64,000 bases of DNA, from the IMG/VR virus record IMGVR_UViG_3300027759_003827, positions 24,817 to 88,816 of that record; one strand, written 5' to 3'. Positions 25,717 to 35,323 of the stretch are shown one piece after another (within the stretch, counting starts at the first letter, position 1; each line of letters begins with the position of its first letter). The notes under the pieces were generated by a model. That model did no database searches. It was not told the DNA's origin and worked only from the letters and a program-made list of their open reading frames with translations. The DNA is from a virus. The translations under genes were made by a program, and so were the position numbers.

Positions 25717-25723
25717 AACTGGT

Positions 25724-26241
25724 TACTTAGTAGGCCTACTTTTTATTTAGCTTTTAAAGCTTTAGGTGTGCTGATTTGTATTTGTTTTACAGCTTTACCT
25801 TCTGCAACTGGAATGCTTAAAATAAGCAGTCCTTTATCTAAAGATGCTTCTAACTTACCTAGATCAAATTTAGTTGAAATCTTCCATGTAATGTTAAAAG
25901 AGGATCTTTTAATACCTCTGTAAATAGGAATTTCTGCTGGTTCGTTAGGTTTTTCGTATGTAATACGTAATTGGTCTCCATCGACAATGATACTGATATC
26001 TTCTTTGTCAAGGCCTACTGTGGCTACTTCAAATCGAATGCCGTCTGTTGTTTCGTAAATGTCTACTGGGTGTGTGACTTTCTGCGTAATTGCAGAGAAG
26101 TGTGATTGTGTGTCGAATAAATCTCGCCATAATAGGTCGAATGGATCTAGCTCAAATGGTCTAAATGTCATTTTGTTTAGTTTTGTGTTCCCTTACGGTG
26201 AACGGTTTTAAAATTGTCTATAACTTAAGGCCTACTAAGTA
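25724..26241. repeat. perfect 14-bp inverted repeat enclosing the Hsp20 gene
   Basis: tacttagtaggcct (25724-25737) / aggcctactaagta (26228-26241). Confidence 0.85.
25743..26171 (-). CDS. small heat-shock protein Hsp20
   Basis: PVDIYET, RGIKRSSF, ASLDKGLL.LSIP. Confidence 0.92.
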   Translation of the reverse strand: MTFRPFELDPFDLLWRDLFDTQSHFSAITQKVTHPVDIYETTDGIRFEVATVGLDKEDISIIVDGDQLRITYEKPNEPAEIPIYRGIKRSSFNITWKISTKFDLGKLEASLDKGLLILSIPVAEGKAVKQIQISTPKALKAK

Positions 26242-26260
26242 CCTTATTTCTCATAAATAT

Positions 26261-28570
26261 CTAGTGTCCGTCTTTAAAGTTATTTGCTACTTCAGGAATT
26301 GCAATTAATTCTACGCCATCTAGCTTAGTTGTATTTTCCATACAGTCTTGGACAATTTCGCAAGCTCTTTTTACGTCCTCTATTCTTACTTGGCAAATCA
26401 ATTGATCATGTATCTGTGCAATTACCTGTCCTACTATATTTTCTTTACGGAATTTACGATTTATTTGTAACGCTGCACGGTTTACTATGCTTGCTGCGTA
26501 ACTCTGAATTTGATAGTTTAAAACGTTATTAAGAGCATTTTTATAATCTCTATACAATGTAGTAACTGCTTCTACTCCATAGCTTGCTTCTATACCTTTT
26601 CTAAACTTCCAGTCATCGAGAATTTTATCTCCGAAAGCTTCGTAGATCTCCTTTGCTTTAGGTAAATGTCTAATACGTCCTACCTTATTCTTAATATAGC
26701 CATACTCTTTTACAAACTTTCTAGAATTCTCTCTCCACTCTCTTAGTTGCGGGAACCCATTTAAGTAACCTTCTACAAGTCTCTCTCCTTCTTTTTTATC
26801 TATTTTTAGAGACATAGCTAATGCATATCCTGACATACCATAAGGTACACCTAAGGCATAGCCTTTTGCAGTTTGTCTTTTAACTGGATCTACTTTCTTT
26901 AAGAAGTTAGGTGCTTGAGTATGTGCACTAACACCTTCAAGCTTTTCTGTCTTAATAGCAATGTGAGAGTAGAAATCTAAATCGTTGTTAAAAATCTCTT
27001 TTAGTCCTTGATCGCCTGCTACTGTAGCAAATACTCTAGGCTCTAAAGATGCATAGTCAGTATCAAGTAGCTTCGTTCCTTCGTCGCAAATAAAGAAAGC
27101 TCTTACTACGTTAGTATAGCCTGTAAGTAAGGCCTCTTCTTGACCCTCTTCTAAAGGCTTAGGTAATTGCTGTAAGTCAGAACCGTATCTACCCGATACA
27201 GTACCGTTTTGTTTAAAGTACGGATAGAACTTTTCATCTTCTGCTGCATCTAAGAAGCGATCAATATAAGCTGTCTTAATCTTAGTAAGCTTATTATATA
27301 AACGTAAATGTTTAGCCCATGAGTACTTATCGCTAATAGACTGAATCATATCTTCATCGAATTGAGGCTTACCTTTATCTGTAGTTGACAACGGCTTTTC
27401 ACCTAGAACGTCAAATGCAATCTTACCTAGCTGATCTTTAGATTGAATATTAAAGAACTGTCCATCGTTATCTTCTTTCCATAGAGTCATACTAACCTTA
27501 GCAATCTGCTCTCTAGTTAAGTAACTTTCATCTCCCGTTATTAGAAAATCTTTAATAGTTGATTCTGGTAAGGATGTAATAGCTGATTTATTAATAGCAA
27601 ACTTACCTGTTCTTTCTGATCTAGGTAATTCAATACCACTTTGCTCTAATAGCCTTTGTGCAAAGGTACCTTTATGTTTAGGAGGATAAGCAGTTCTTGC
27701 CTGTTCTAATATCCAGCTTCTTACTTGAGGCAGAGCTAATAACTCTTTAACAACTAAAGTAGATTGCTCTTCTAAATCTTTTGTAATATTATTTTGAGTC
27801 TCTTGAATAAGAGCTACGTTAAGTCTAATTCCATGCTCTTCCATTGGTATAGTAACCTCTCTATAAACAGGCATTACTTCTTCCTCAAAAAAGAAATACT
27901 CTAATCCTTCAGCTTGAAGAATACCTAGAAAATGATTAAAAATACGTAAGGTTAAATCTGTATCGGCTGCTGCATACTTAGCAAGTATAGCCATATCTGC
28001 TTTATAAATCTCAAAATTATCTTTCGATACAGCACCGCCGTTTGCCTTAATACTAGCTTTTAATTCTAATTGCTCTTCGTTAGCTTCAGACTCTACATCT
28101 AATCCAATCTCTTTCTGTACCATCTTAGCAATAGACTTTAATCCAAAAGGATTACCAAATCCAAATGCACCTTCCTCTCTTACTGTATGAACGAGCAGAG
28201 CAGTGTCGGCATATAAAGCAGGAAGTAAATCTATACCGTAGAAATTTTTTGTAAATCGAACGTCAAAAGAAGCATTATGCATTACTAATTTTTTCTTTAG
28301 TAATTGACCTATAGCATACTTTGCTAATTTATCTGCATTTGTACCTCCTATCTCAAGCTCTACTAACTGCTCGTTCTTCCATTCACGAATTGGCATGTAA
28401 TAACCTTTACCAATCTCACCAGATACAGAAAAACCAATAATCGAGCCCTTACGGGGATTCAAACTATTGGTCTCTGTATCATACGCAACAAGTTCACTGC
28501 TGTTAATATGATCTATTAATTCTTTTAAAGTCTCCTTACTGTTGACTGTTACATAACTTTTTTCTTGCAT
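26261..28570 (-). CDS. polA: family A DNA polymerase with 3'-5' exonuclease
   Basis: ExoI DTET, ExoII HNASFD, ExoIII YAAAD; motif A DYASLEPR, B RQTAKGYALGVPYG, C HDQ. Confidence 0.95.
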   Translation of the reverse strand: MQEKSYVTVNSKETLKELIDHINSSELVAYDTETNSLNPRKGSIIGFSVSGEIGKGYYMPIREWKNEQLVELEIGGTNADKLAKYAIGQLLKKKLVMHNASFDVRFTKNFYGIDLLPALYADTALLVHTVREEGAFGFGNPFGLKSIAKMVQKEIGLDVESEANEEQLELKASIKANGGAVSKDNFEIYKADMAILAKYAAADTDLTLRIFNHFLGILQAEGLEYFFFEEEVMPVYREVTIPMEEHGIRLNVALIQETQNNITKDLEEQSTLVVKELLALPQVRSWILEQARTAYPPKHKGTFAQRLLEQSGIELPRSERTGKFAINKSAITSLPESTIKDFLITGDESYLTREQIAKVSMTLWKEDNDGQFFNIQSKDQLGKIAFDVLGEKPLSTTDKGKPQFDEDMIQSISDKYSWAKHLRLYNKLTKIKTAYIDRFLDAAEDEKFYPYFKQNGTVSGRYGSDLQQLPKPLEEGQEEALLTGYTNVVRAFFICDEGTKLLDTDYASLEPRVFATVAGDQGLKEIFNNDLDFYSHIAIKTEKLEGVSAHTQAPNFLKKVDPVKRQTAKGYALGVPYGMSGYALAMSLKIDKKEGERLVEGYLNGFPQLREWRENSRKFVKEYGYIKNKVGRIRHLPKAKEIYEAFGDKILDDWKFRKGIEASYGVEAVTTLYRDYKNALNNVLNYQIQSYAASIVNRAALQINRKFRKENIVGQVIAQIHDQLICQVRIEDVKRACEIVQDCMENTTKLDGVELIAIPEVANNFKDGH

Positions 28571-28573
28571 AAC

Positions 28574-29593
28574 TTATATTACTTCCTGGTTTTCTAAAAG
28601 GTCTTTTGCTTCCTGGTAAGTGATCATAAATTCTTTCTTTCTACCTCTAAACTCTTTAACAATATCTAGCTCTTGACAAAGTACAGTAAAGGTCTTTAAG
28701 TCCTTCTGAGAAGCAGTTATCTTCTGTGTCTGTACTAGGGATTGAAACTTGTTAAAAGATAAGGTTTGATCACCTACTACCTTCTTACCGTTCTGATAAT
28801 ACAATTTAAGTAATTTTAAATTAAGCTCCAACTGTTTAAACTTAGGAGTCTGTAGTAGTTTTTTAGTCTCTTCATAGCTACCTAGAGTATAGAAGGCGTC
28901 AAAGCCAACTCCGATTAAAACAATTAACTCTAGGAAAATCGTTATAAAAAGGAATGCAGTTGAGTTTTCCATATTCTTATCCATAGCGGTGTTCGCTTTG
29001 GTCTGTGTTTTCGTTTCAAGCTGTAAGATCTTAGCATCTTTTGCTTGCTGTAGGACATTAACGATTGAATCTTTATAGATCCTATCAGCTTTTCTGCTTC
29101 CAGGTTGGCTACGGTAATAGGCAATTTCTTTATCATAATACTTTGCTATTGAATCTTGCTTTAGAGTTGTAGTAGAGTCTACTGCTGTAGCTATTATTTC
29201 TGAGTTATCAACAAGTCTATGTGCACCTTTAATAGACAAGTAGAAGCTACCTGCTATTAAGAAACAGCAAATCATACCAGCTACAAATATTCCGCCTGTC
29301 ATTTTCTTAACCTGTAATACGGTTGTAAAGAATTGCTCTAATGTAAACCTCTTTGTTAATTCATACCCTGTTAGGAATAGTCCGACAAAGATAGTGAAGA
29401 ACATATCTTGAAAAGGAAATAGAGCGGGTATAGAGTTTGTAACAGACTTAACAAAGAAGTACCCGAAGTAAATCAAAAAGATATTACCTAAAAAAGAAAA
29501 GTAATACAAGATCTTATCAAGGGTCAAGTAATTTTGCTCTAATTTAAAGACCTCTAGCTTTAATTTAAGCTTGTTAAATTTATCTATTTTCAT
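28574..29593 (-). CDS. multi-pass membrane protein
   Basis: four TM segments and a coiled-coil region. Confidence 0.65.
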   Translation of the reverse strand: MKIDKFNKLKLKLEVFKLEQNYLTLDKILYYFSFLGNIFLIYFGYFFVKSVTNSIPALFPFQDMFFTIFVGLFLTGYELTKRFTLEQFFTTVLQVKKMTGGIFVAGMICCFLIAGSFYLSIKGAHRLVDNSEIIATAVDSTTTLKQDSIAKYYDKEIAYYRSQPGSRKADRIYKDSIVNVLQQAKDAKILQLETKTQTKANTAMDKNMENSTAFLFITIFLELIVLIGVGFDAFYTLGSYEETKKLLQTPKFKQLELNLKLLKLYYQNGKKVVGDQTLSFNKFQSLVQTQKITASQKDLKTFTVLCQELDIVKEFRGRKKEFMITYQEAKDLLENQEVI

Positions 29594-29594
29594 A

Positions 29595-29756
29595 TTATAA
29601 TTCTTCTGCTATACCTAGCAACTCGGCTATTATAAGTAGGGCACCAGCTAAAGGTAACCTACCGAATATTAAAGCAAATCCTGCTCCAAATCTAAAGCCT
29701 GATTTAACTAAGCTAATGTAAAAATGCCAATTTGTATGTGATTCTTTTTGTTGCAT
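29595..29756 (-). CDS. 53-aa membrane peptide (not in ORF track)
   Basis: MQQKESHTNWHFYISLVKSGFRFGAG...AELLGIAEEL*; TAATG coupling to the upstream gene. Confidence 0.7.
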   Translation of the reverse strand: MQQKESHTNWHFYISLVKSGFRFGAGFALIFGRLPLAGALLIIAELLGIAEEL

Positions 29757-30262
29757 TACCCTCTTTGTTTATCGTTTTGCCATTGTCCATCATATAATTC
29801 AGCAACCTCTTCACACTTATGGAAGTATATTTGAGCTACTCTAGCATCTTCTTCAATAAAGATAGTTTCATTTACTCTCATTACACAGCCCATAAATTCA
29901 GTTTCAAATCCTGGATCGAATACTGATGAGTGAATAATTGTACCGTTTCTTAATAGAGAGGATCTTTGTCTAATTAAGCCTACATAGTCTGCAGGTAACT
30001 TGCATCCTTCCCAGAAAGTAATTTCATAGGTACCAGGATATAATAACCATCCCATATTACCGTCTAACTGTACTTTCTTAGTCTCAGTATAGACTGCTAA
30101 GTTAGTTTTATTCTTTAATACTACTCCAAATTTATCTTGAGGATTCTGTCTAATTTGTTTAACTGTCTGTAAAGATAAATCATACCCTACTTGAGCTTTA
30201 CCTTTAGACTGCTGTTCTAATTTAAGTAGACCTTTCTCTACTATTTGATCTGCATTCAGCAT
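29756..30262 (-). CDS. dCTP deaminase/dUTPase family protein
   Basis: GYDL, RSSLLRNG, DPGF, RVAQI, YDGQWQ. Confidence 0.88.
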   Translation of the reverse strand: MLNADQIVEKGLLKLEQQSKGKAQVGYDLSLQTVKQIRQNPQDKFGVVLKNKTNLAVYTETKKVQLDGNMGWLLYPGTYEITFWEGCKLPADYVGLIRQRSSLLRNGTIIHSSVFDPGFETEFMGCVMRVNETIFIEEDARVAQIYFHKCEEVAELYDGQWQNDKQRG

Positions 30263-30264
30263 AA

Positions 30265-30432
30265 TTATTTTTTCTTTTTTGTATATGGAAACATTCTATT
30301 TAAAATATTCTTTCTTCTAGTACATCCACAATCTTCATACCCAAGCATATGAGCAATCTTATCTGCTAGTCTATCAATATAGAAAAACTTTAGCACTTTA
30401 GCAACCGTATCTCCTAGTCCTTGTGATTTCAT
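30265..30432 (-). CDS. 55-aa phage protein (not in ORF track)
   Basis: MKSQGLGDTVAK...DCGCTRRKNILN; TAATG coupling to folE. Confidence 0.7.
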   Translation of the reverse strand: MKSQGLGDTVAKVLKFFYIDRLADKIAHMLGYEDCGCTRRKNILNRMFPYTKKKK

Positions 30433-31142
30433 TATTTACGTGGATAACCTTTAGCAAATTCATAAAATTCTAATCTAGCTGAATCTTCATTTAAGAATGA
30501 TCCGCTTAACTTAGATGTCTTCATACTAGCACCTTGATGCTTAACTCCTCTACAGCTTACGCAGTTATGAGTAGCTTCAATCATTACTGCAACTCCTATA
30601 TTACCTTCGCAAATCTGATCTACTGCATTGTGAATGGCTACAGTTAATTGCTCTTGAATTGCGCCTCTTCTACTAAAATGCTCTACTATACGATTTAATT
30701 TACTTAAACCTACTACTCTACCTTCTAAAGTAGGAATATAAGCAATATGACATAAACCGTTAATAGTCTGATGATGGTGAGAACACATACTCGTAATAGG
30801 AATACCTCCTTCGAATACTACGCCGTCATAGCCATCGCTTGGAAAGCTCGTAACAAAATCTAATGGCTCATACCTACCTTTCCATAAGTCATTTACATAA
30901 GCTTTAGCTACTCTTCTTGGAGTATTAGAACTATTAGGATCGTTCTCCCAGTCTACACCTAATGCAGTTAGAAACTTACCGTAATGCACAGTAGCTTCTT
31001 CAATAATAGCTAACTTTTGCTTATCACTTAAAGAATACTGGCCGTTCTTAATAGCATCTCTTAAATAAGTGCTAATACCATTGGCGAAACCTGGTTGAGC
31101 TAATTCTAAGCTCTCAATATCTATGTTTTTATTTCTATTCAT
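30432..31142 (-). CDS. folE: GTP cyclohydrolase I
   Basis: TPRRVAK, SMCSHH, GLSKLNR, IQEQLT, HNCVSCRGV. Confidence 0.96.
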   Translation of the reverse strand: MNRNKNIDIESLELAQPGFANGISTYLRDAIKNGQYSLSDKQKLAIIEEATVHYGKFLTALGVDWENDPNSSNTPRRVAKAYVNDLWKGRYEPLDFVTSFPSDGYDGVVFEGGIPITSMCSHHHQTINGLCHIAYIPTLEGRVVGLSKLNRIVEHFSRRGAIQEQLTVAIHNAVDQICEGNIGVAVMIEATHNCVSCRGVKHQGASMKTSKLSGSFLNEDSARLEFYEFAKGYPRK

Positions 31143-31150
31143 ATTGTATA

Positions 31151-31660
31151 TTATAAGTATTTTGAAATCTGCTCTAAACGTTCTTCTACCGTACCTGTTA
31201 AAGTTACGACTTTTTCTGCAGGGATATACTCTGCTATAAACTTTTGTATAATTCCGTCGATCTTAATCTGTAACTCAGCACTTAATCTATCTGGATCATC
31301 TACAAAGTCAAACTCGATAGGAATATAAAAGAAGTACTCTACTTGATCTTTAGTCTTTTCGAATAACTCTCTAATCTCGTCAATATTAACATTAGGAGTT
31401 AAGATTCGTGAATAGATAATACAGTCAACTAAACTACGAGTACTAATTACATTTTTATGAGTTAAGTAGTTTTGATAAGCCCAAGCAGATAACTCATTAA
31501 TTGCATACTGCTTCTCGTCATTAGATAACTCTAACATCTTACCAATCTTAATTACAGGACGCGAAAATCCGTCTGTAACATAATAATCAGGAAATCTGGT
31601 AGATACCTCTTTTAATAAGGTAGTCTTACCAGTTCCATGCGATCCTATTAATATCTTCAT
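31151..31660 (-). CDS. P-loop nucleotide kinase-like protein (NadR/AAA_28 type)
   Basis: GSHGTGKTT, RSLVD, DDPDR, GTVEER. Confidence 0.7.
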   Translation of the reverse strand: MKILIGSHGTGKTTLLKEVSTRFPDYYVTDGFSRPVIKIGKMLELSNDEKQYAINELSAWAYQNYLTHKNVISTRSLVDCIIYSRILTPNVNIDEIRELFEKTKDQVEYFFYIPIEFDFVDDPDRLSAELQIKIDGIIQKFIAEYIPAEKVVTLTGTVEERLEQISKYL

Positions 31661-31673
31661 AAATGTCTTTTAG

Positions 31674-31705
31674 TAAAAATAGCTACTTTTTATCAAACTT
31701 CCAAA
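31674..31705 (-). promoter_or_regulatory. Bacteroidota sigma-A-type promoter
   Basis: TTTG-N20-TATTTTTA. Confidence 0.55.
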
Positions 31706-32252
31706 TATTAGTAAAGAAATGTACCCAAGAACTTAGAGAAGTCTCTCGAAGTATGGCATAAGCTTCATCTATAGTATTTGCTCTGTTCATAACCTGATAA
31801 GCGGATACAATCTCACCGGCATCTAATTCCGGAATTACTTTATGAACTACTGATCCACAGTACGGATACTTCTCTTGATTTCCAGCAATATCCTCTTGCT
31901 TATTAAAGCCTTTCAATTCTGGATATACAGTAATTAGAGCTGGATGACCATTAAACATTTGGCCTTTAAATTGAATAAATACGTCTTCTGGAATAATTCG
32001 TAAGAATCCGTGTAACGTAACTAGTTCTTTTTCTAGTATTCCTGATCTTAAGTATTGATCTACAGTAGGCTTATTAGGAAGTACTACTATCTCTACATTA
32101 TTTTTCCCAAAGATTCTCATGTTCTTTTCAGAAATGTTAGTAACTCTATTAGTTACAAGTAAACTAGGGAGAATCCCAAGCATTTCACTAATAGCTATTA
32201 CTTCAGAACCTGTCTGAGATACTAGTACTCCCCAATTGCTTAACACTTTCAT
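31683..32252 (-). CDS. PurN-like formyltransferase, probable preQ1 formyltransferase (DpdN-type)
   Basis: SQTGSE, LHGFLRII, NGHPAL, GSVVH...ELDAG; coupled to queF. Confidence 0.8.
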   Translation of the reverse strand: MKVLSNWGVLVSQTGSEVIAISEMLGILPSLLVTNRVTNISEKNMRIFGKNNVEIVVLPNKPTVDQYLRSGILEKELVTLHGFLRIIPEDVFIQFKGQMFNGHPALITVYPELKGFNKQEDIAGNQEKYPYCGSVVHKVIPELDAGEIVSAYQVMNRANTIDEAYAILRETSLSSWVHFFTNIWKFDKK

Positions 32253-33169
32253 TATTGTCCCATTGCTTTTTTAGTATAGTAGCCTGTATCAATTAATGCA
32301 CGAGGAATTAATTCTTCTCTAGTTGCACGAACAGGATTGATATCTAATGAACCTCGTCTTGCATACAACAACATTACTACACAATCTTTAACGTCAGGAT
32401 GCTTTGTAATAGCTGTAAATAACTTCTCGCTACAGAATTCATGAAATTCGTTTACTTCACGTAATGCAATTACCTCTTTCAAAAGACCTTGTAAATCTAC
32501 ACGTCCTTTCCTAGTAGTAATATGGAAATAAGCAGCACCTGTATCTTTCTGCTTTGTATGTCTACATCTTGATCTCAAGATACCAGTCATTACAGAGATA
32601 TCGTCAGACGTTTCAGCAGGTATAATAGTAAAGTGATTTTCTTTACCGGAGTAATCGGTAATTTCCATCTCTTCTAATTTCTTATTACCTACCATACGAA
32701 ATAAATCGTAGTAGCCTTCTCCTGGATCGCCTTCGAACATTAATTGCTCTCCTTCTCTAAAGAATGATACTCTTACTTCTTTACCAATGCATGCACTGAT
32801 ATCTTTCTTTACTTGATTCTCATAATTCTCAACAGCTTCAACAATCGTATCGCCCATCTTACACATATCGAATGTATTAAGGTATAACTTAAACGATTTT
32901 GATTCTACCATAAATTCTGAATCAGCAGGACATACTATTTTTAACGTACCTGCAATAGGTAGGCCGTTATTTAACAAGAAGGTTGATTCATGACAATGCC
33001 ACGTATCGTAACCTACAAATTCATCTCCTTTAATACCCCAGTCTCCACGAGCTAATGCTCTTGGCATAGGGTTTAATTGACTTGGATCAAAGGTGTCTGT
33101 ATAGACTGCATATGAGTTAGCTGACCCTAAGGTTTTAGCAGCTACTTCTGACATATTACTTGCTGACAT
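32252..33169 (-). CDS. queF: NADPH-dependent preQ0 reductase, bimodular type
   Basis: ESKSFKLY QueF motif, RSRCRHTKQKD catalytic Cys/Asp, EFHE.C, YARRGSLDINP. Confidence 0.9.
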   Translation of the reverse strand: MSASNMSEVAAKTLGSANSYAVYTDTFDPSQLNPMPRALARGDWGIKGDEFVGYDTWHCHESTFLLNNGLPIAGTLKIVCPADSEFMVESKSFKLYLNTFDMCKMGDTIVEAVENYENQVKKDISACIGKEVRVSFFREGEQLMFEGDPGEGYYDLFRMVGNKKLEEMEITDYSGKENHFTIIPAETSDDISVMTGILRSRCRHTKQKDTGAAYFHITTRKGRVDLQGLLKEVIALREVNEFHEFCSEKLFTAITKHPDVKDCVVMLLYARRGSLDINPVRATREELIPRALIDTGYYTKKAMGQ

Positions 33170-33938
33170 AATTACGGAATGTTTTTATATTTTTAAAGAT
33201 AAGGTTTATTTGTTCTTCTGACAACTTAATATCTAAGTTATCAGCAAGTTTTGCTTTTGGTTTAGGTACATTTAAACCATGAGGTCCTAATTCGTTTCCT
33301 ACCCATCCGTTAATAACAGGTGAGCTAGTATCTAGCGAGTAGATAAGTCCTCTTAGTACAGTATTTAGATAGTTAATTAGGATAAACTCTACTGGATTTT
33401 GACATCCTAGTAAGTGAAATTTAGGTAATCCGATTCCCATGTTGAATCTATTTGCATACCACCAGTTTAAAAATCTAGTTCTTACTGTTACATAATCTGA
33501 GTCTTTAACTAGGTCAAAAGGTAATGCGATAATATCTACTCTCTCTTTTAGGTAGTAGTCGATACACTCTGCAATTTGCTCAAAGGTATCTCCTTGACAT
33601 ACGCCAATATATTTCTGTCCTTCTACTCTGTAACTACCTAAATACTCTTTTGCATTAAGTAAAGTTTGATCATAATCATTAACTACATCAGGAAGTACAA
33701 GATGGGTAGGAAGATACTCTTTACCTAACTCGTATAACTCCTCCATCGGTATGGATCTACCTAATTCAAATGCTGAATTGTCTAATATAGAGTATTCTGC
33801 TGTTTGTAGCTTCTTCTTATAAAAATCAGCATATTCTGTATCTAAGCTTAGTAAATGACCTAGTACATAAGGGTAATCACTTACCTCATCATGACGATCA
33901 AATAACGCTTTTGGTATTTCGTGTGAAATTAAAGGCAT
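33156..33938 (-). CDS. Tgt/DpdA-like 7-deazaguanine transglycosylase-fold protein
   Basis: LDNSAFE, LPDV, GVCQG, FHLLG, SLDTSSP; sits between queC and queF. Confidence 0.75.
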   Translation of the reverse strand: MPLISHEIPKALFDRHDEVSDYPYVLGHLLSLDTEYADFYKKKLQTAEYSILDNSAFELGRSIPMEELYELGKEYLPTHLVLPDVVNDYDQTLLNAKEYLGSYRVEGQKYIGVCQGDTFEQIAECIDYYLKERVDIIALPFDLVKDSDYVTVRTRFLNWWYANRFNMGIGLPKFHLLGCQNPVEFILINYLNTVLRGLIYSLDTSSPVINGWVGNELGPHGLNVPKPKAKLADNLDIKLSEEQINLIFKNIKTFRNYVSK

Positions 33939-33941
33939 AAT

Positions 33942-34787
33942 TTATTTTTTATATTCTGATAAAACTTTTTCTACTTGCGTTTTTGCAAACTGCCAGCTAA
34001 CAGGTCCCATTTCGTCTGCATACTCTACCGGATCAGGACGACCTAGCTTAATAAACGCTTCGATACGTTCTACTGATGCTGCTGACTTATAATCAGAATA
34101 CCAGATACCTTGAGTATCGGACCATGAATGTCTAATAAAGATCGGCTTATAAGAAGTATTCGTACGCTTATATACTTCATTAAAATCTAAACCTAATGCT
34201 TCACACGATCTTAAACCATCTTCTAGAATTTCAAATTTAGTTACATCTAAGTAGGGGGTATAAACTGATATTAAATCAGCATCCCAATTACCAGCTTTAA
34301 ATGCTTCCATATCTGCATCTCTAAATTCCTGACGGCAGTCAGGGTAAATTGCATGATCTCCTGCGTGAATACCCATTGCAATAGCTACTTCTTGGCCAAT
34401 AGAACAATCATCCGTAATAGGTTTAGTTGCAATTGATAGAGCAGCTGCTTGAATCAAAGAGCTAAATATCTTATTACGATTGGGTACAACAGTTGCTTTC
34501 ATATTATCCTGTTCGTAATGTCCTTCTGGTACATCTGCACCGCCTGTTACTAAAGCTGAGTTCAATAACTGTTGTAATCCATCTAATTTAATAACCTGGT
34601 ACTTTACTTTTTGATTTTTAGAGCTTAAGTACTCTACTAAAGATTTAGCTCTTTCAAGCTCTACTTTATGCTTTTGACCATAATCAAAGCCTAATGCTGT
34701 TACTTCGTAGCCGTTAGCTAATAAGTGTAATAAAAGAGATGAAGAATCCATCCCGCCTGATAATGATAAAACTGCTTGTTTTGCCAT
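33942..34787 (-). CDS. queC: 7-cyano-7-deazaguanine synthase
   Basis: SGGMDS, DYGQKH, VVPNRN, YPDCRQEF. Confidence 0.93.
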   Translation of the reverse strand: MAKQAVLSLSGGMDSSSLLLHLLANGYEVTALGFDYGQKHKVELERAKSLVEYLSSKNQKVKYQVIKLDGLQQLLNSALVTGGADVPEGHYEQDNMKATVVPNRNKIFSSLIQAAALSIATKPITDDCSIGQEVAIAMGIHAGDHAIYPDCRQEFRDADMEAFKAGNWDADLISVYTPYLDVTKFEILEDGLRSCEALGLDFNEVYKRTNTSYKPIFIRHSWSDTQGIWYSDYKSAASVERIEAFIKLGRPDPVEYADEMGPVSWQFAKTQVEKVLSEYKK

Positions 34788-34849
34788 TTTGTTTAAAATT
34801 TAAAATTTAGAGCGTATTATTTTGTACGTCGATTAGCTCTATAACCGAA

Positions 34850-35056
34850 TTATTTTTTATCTTCTTTACCGTTAAGGTCCTTCTGTAGAGAGAGTATTTG
34901 ACTAGTAATGTTACCAACTAGGGTTCCTAACTGTGCCCAAATATCATCACACTCTTTCTCTAACTTATTAATGAGTCTTAGTTGGTATATCTGTAATCCT
35001 ACAAGTATTAATATAATACCAATGTATAAATGTTCTGGTGTAAATGTAACTGTCAT
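34850..35056 (-). CDS. TM plus coiled-coil small protein
   Basis: N-terminal hydrophobic helix. Confidence 0.6.
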   Translation of the reverse strand: MTVTFTPEHLYIGIILILVGLQIYQLRLINKLEKECDDIWAQLGTLVGNITSQILSLQKDLNGKEDKK

Positions 35057-35060
35057 TAAT

Positions 35061-35092
35061 TAAAGGTATTATTTTTTGTTCGTTTCAACAAC
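35061..35092 (-). promoter_or_regulatory. Bacteroidota sigma-A-type promoter
   Basis: GTTG-N20-TACCTTTA. Confidence 0.6.
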
Positions 35093-35323
35093 TTCATTCA
35101 TAAATTCGTTAAACTCTAATGTTCCTGGAAATGCTATAAAGTTAGTATTATCCATTACTCTCTGTAATGCTTTAATAGTGAGGTCTCTATTCTTAGTATC
35201 AATTATTAAAGGTTCTAGAATATACTCTTCTGCCGATCCGTCTTTACGATTAAGGTAAAATAAAGTACCGGCTACCTCTCCTAATGCTTCGTAGTATTCT
35301 TTAGCTGTTGTTGTAGACTTCAT
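35069..35323 (-). CDS. hypothetical protein
   Basis: ORF in array. Confidence 0.55.
   Translation of the reverse strand: MKSTTTAKEYYEALGEVAGTLFYLNRKDGSAEEYILEPLIIDTKNRDLTIKALQRVMDNTNFIAFPGTLEFNEFMNEVVETNKK

Noticed and set aside
34808-34841. preQ1 riboswitch upstream of queC
   Set aside because: A TAGAGC/GCTCTA hairpin exists, but its loop and 3' tail do not fit the preQ1-I consensus; at most a generic leader hairpin
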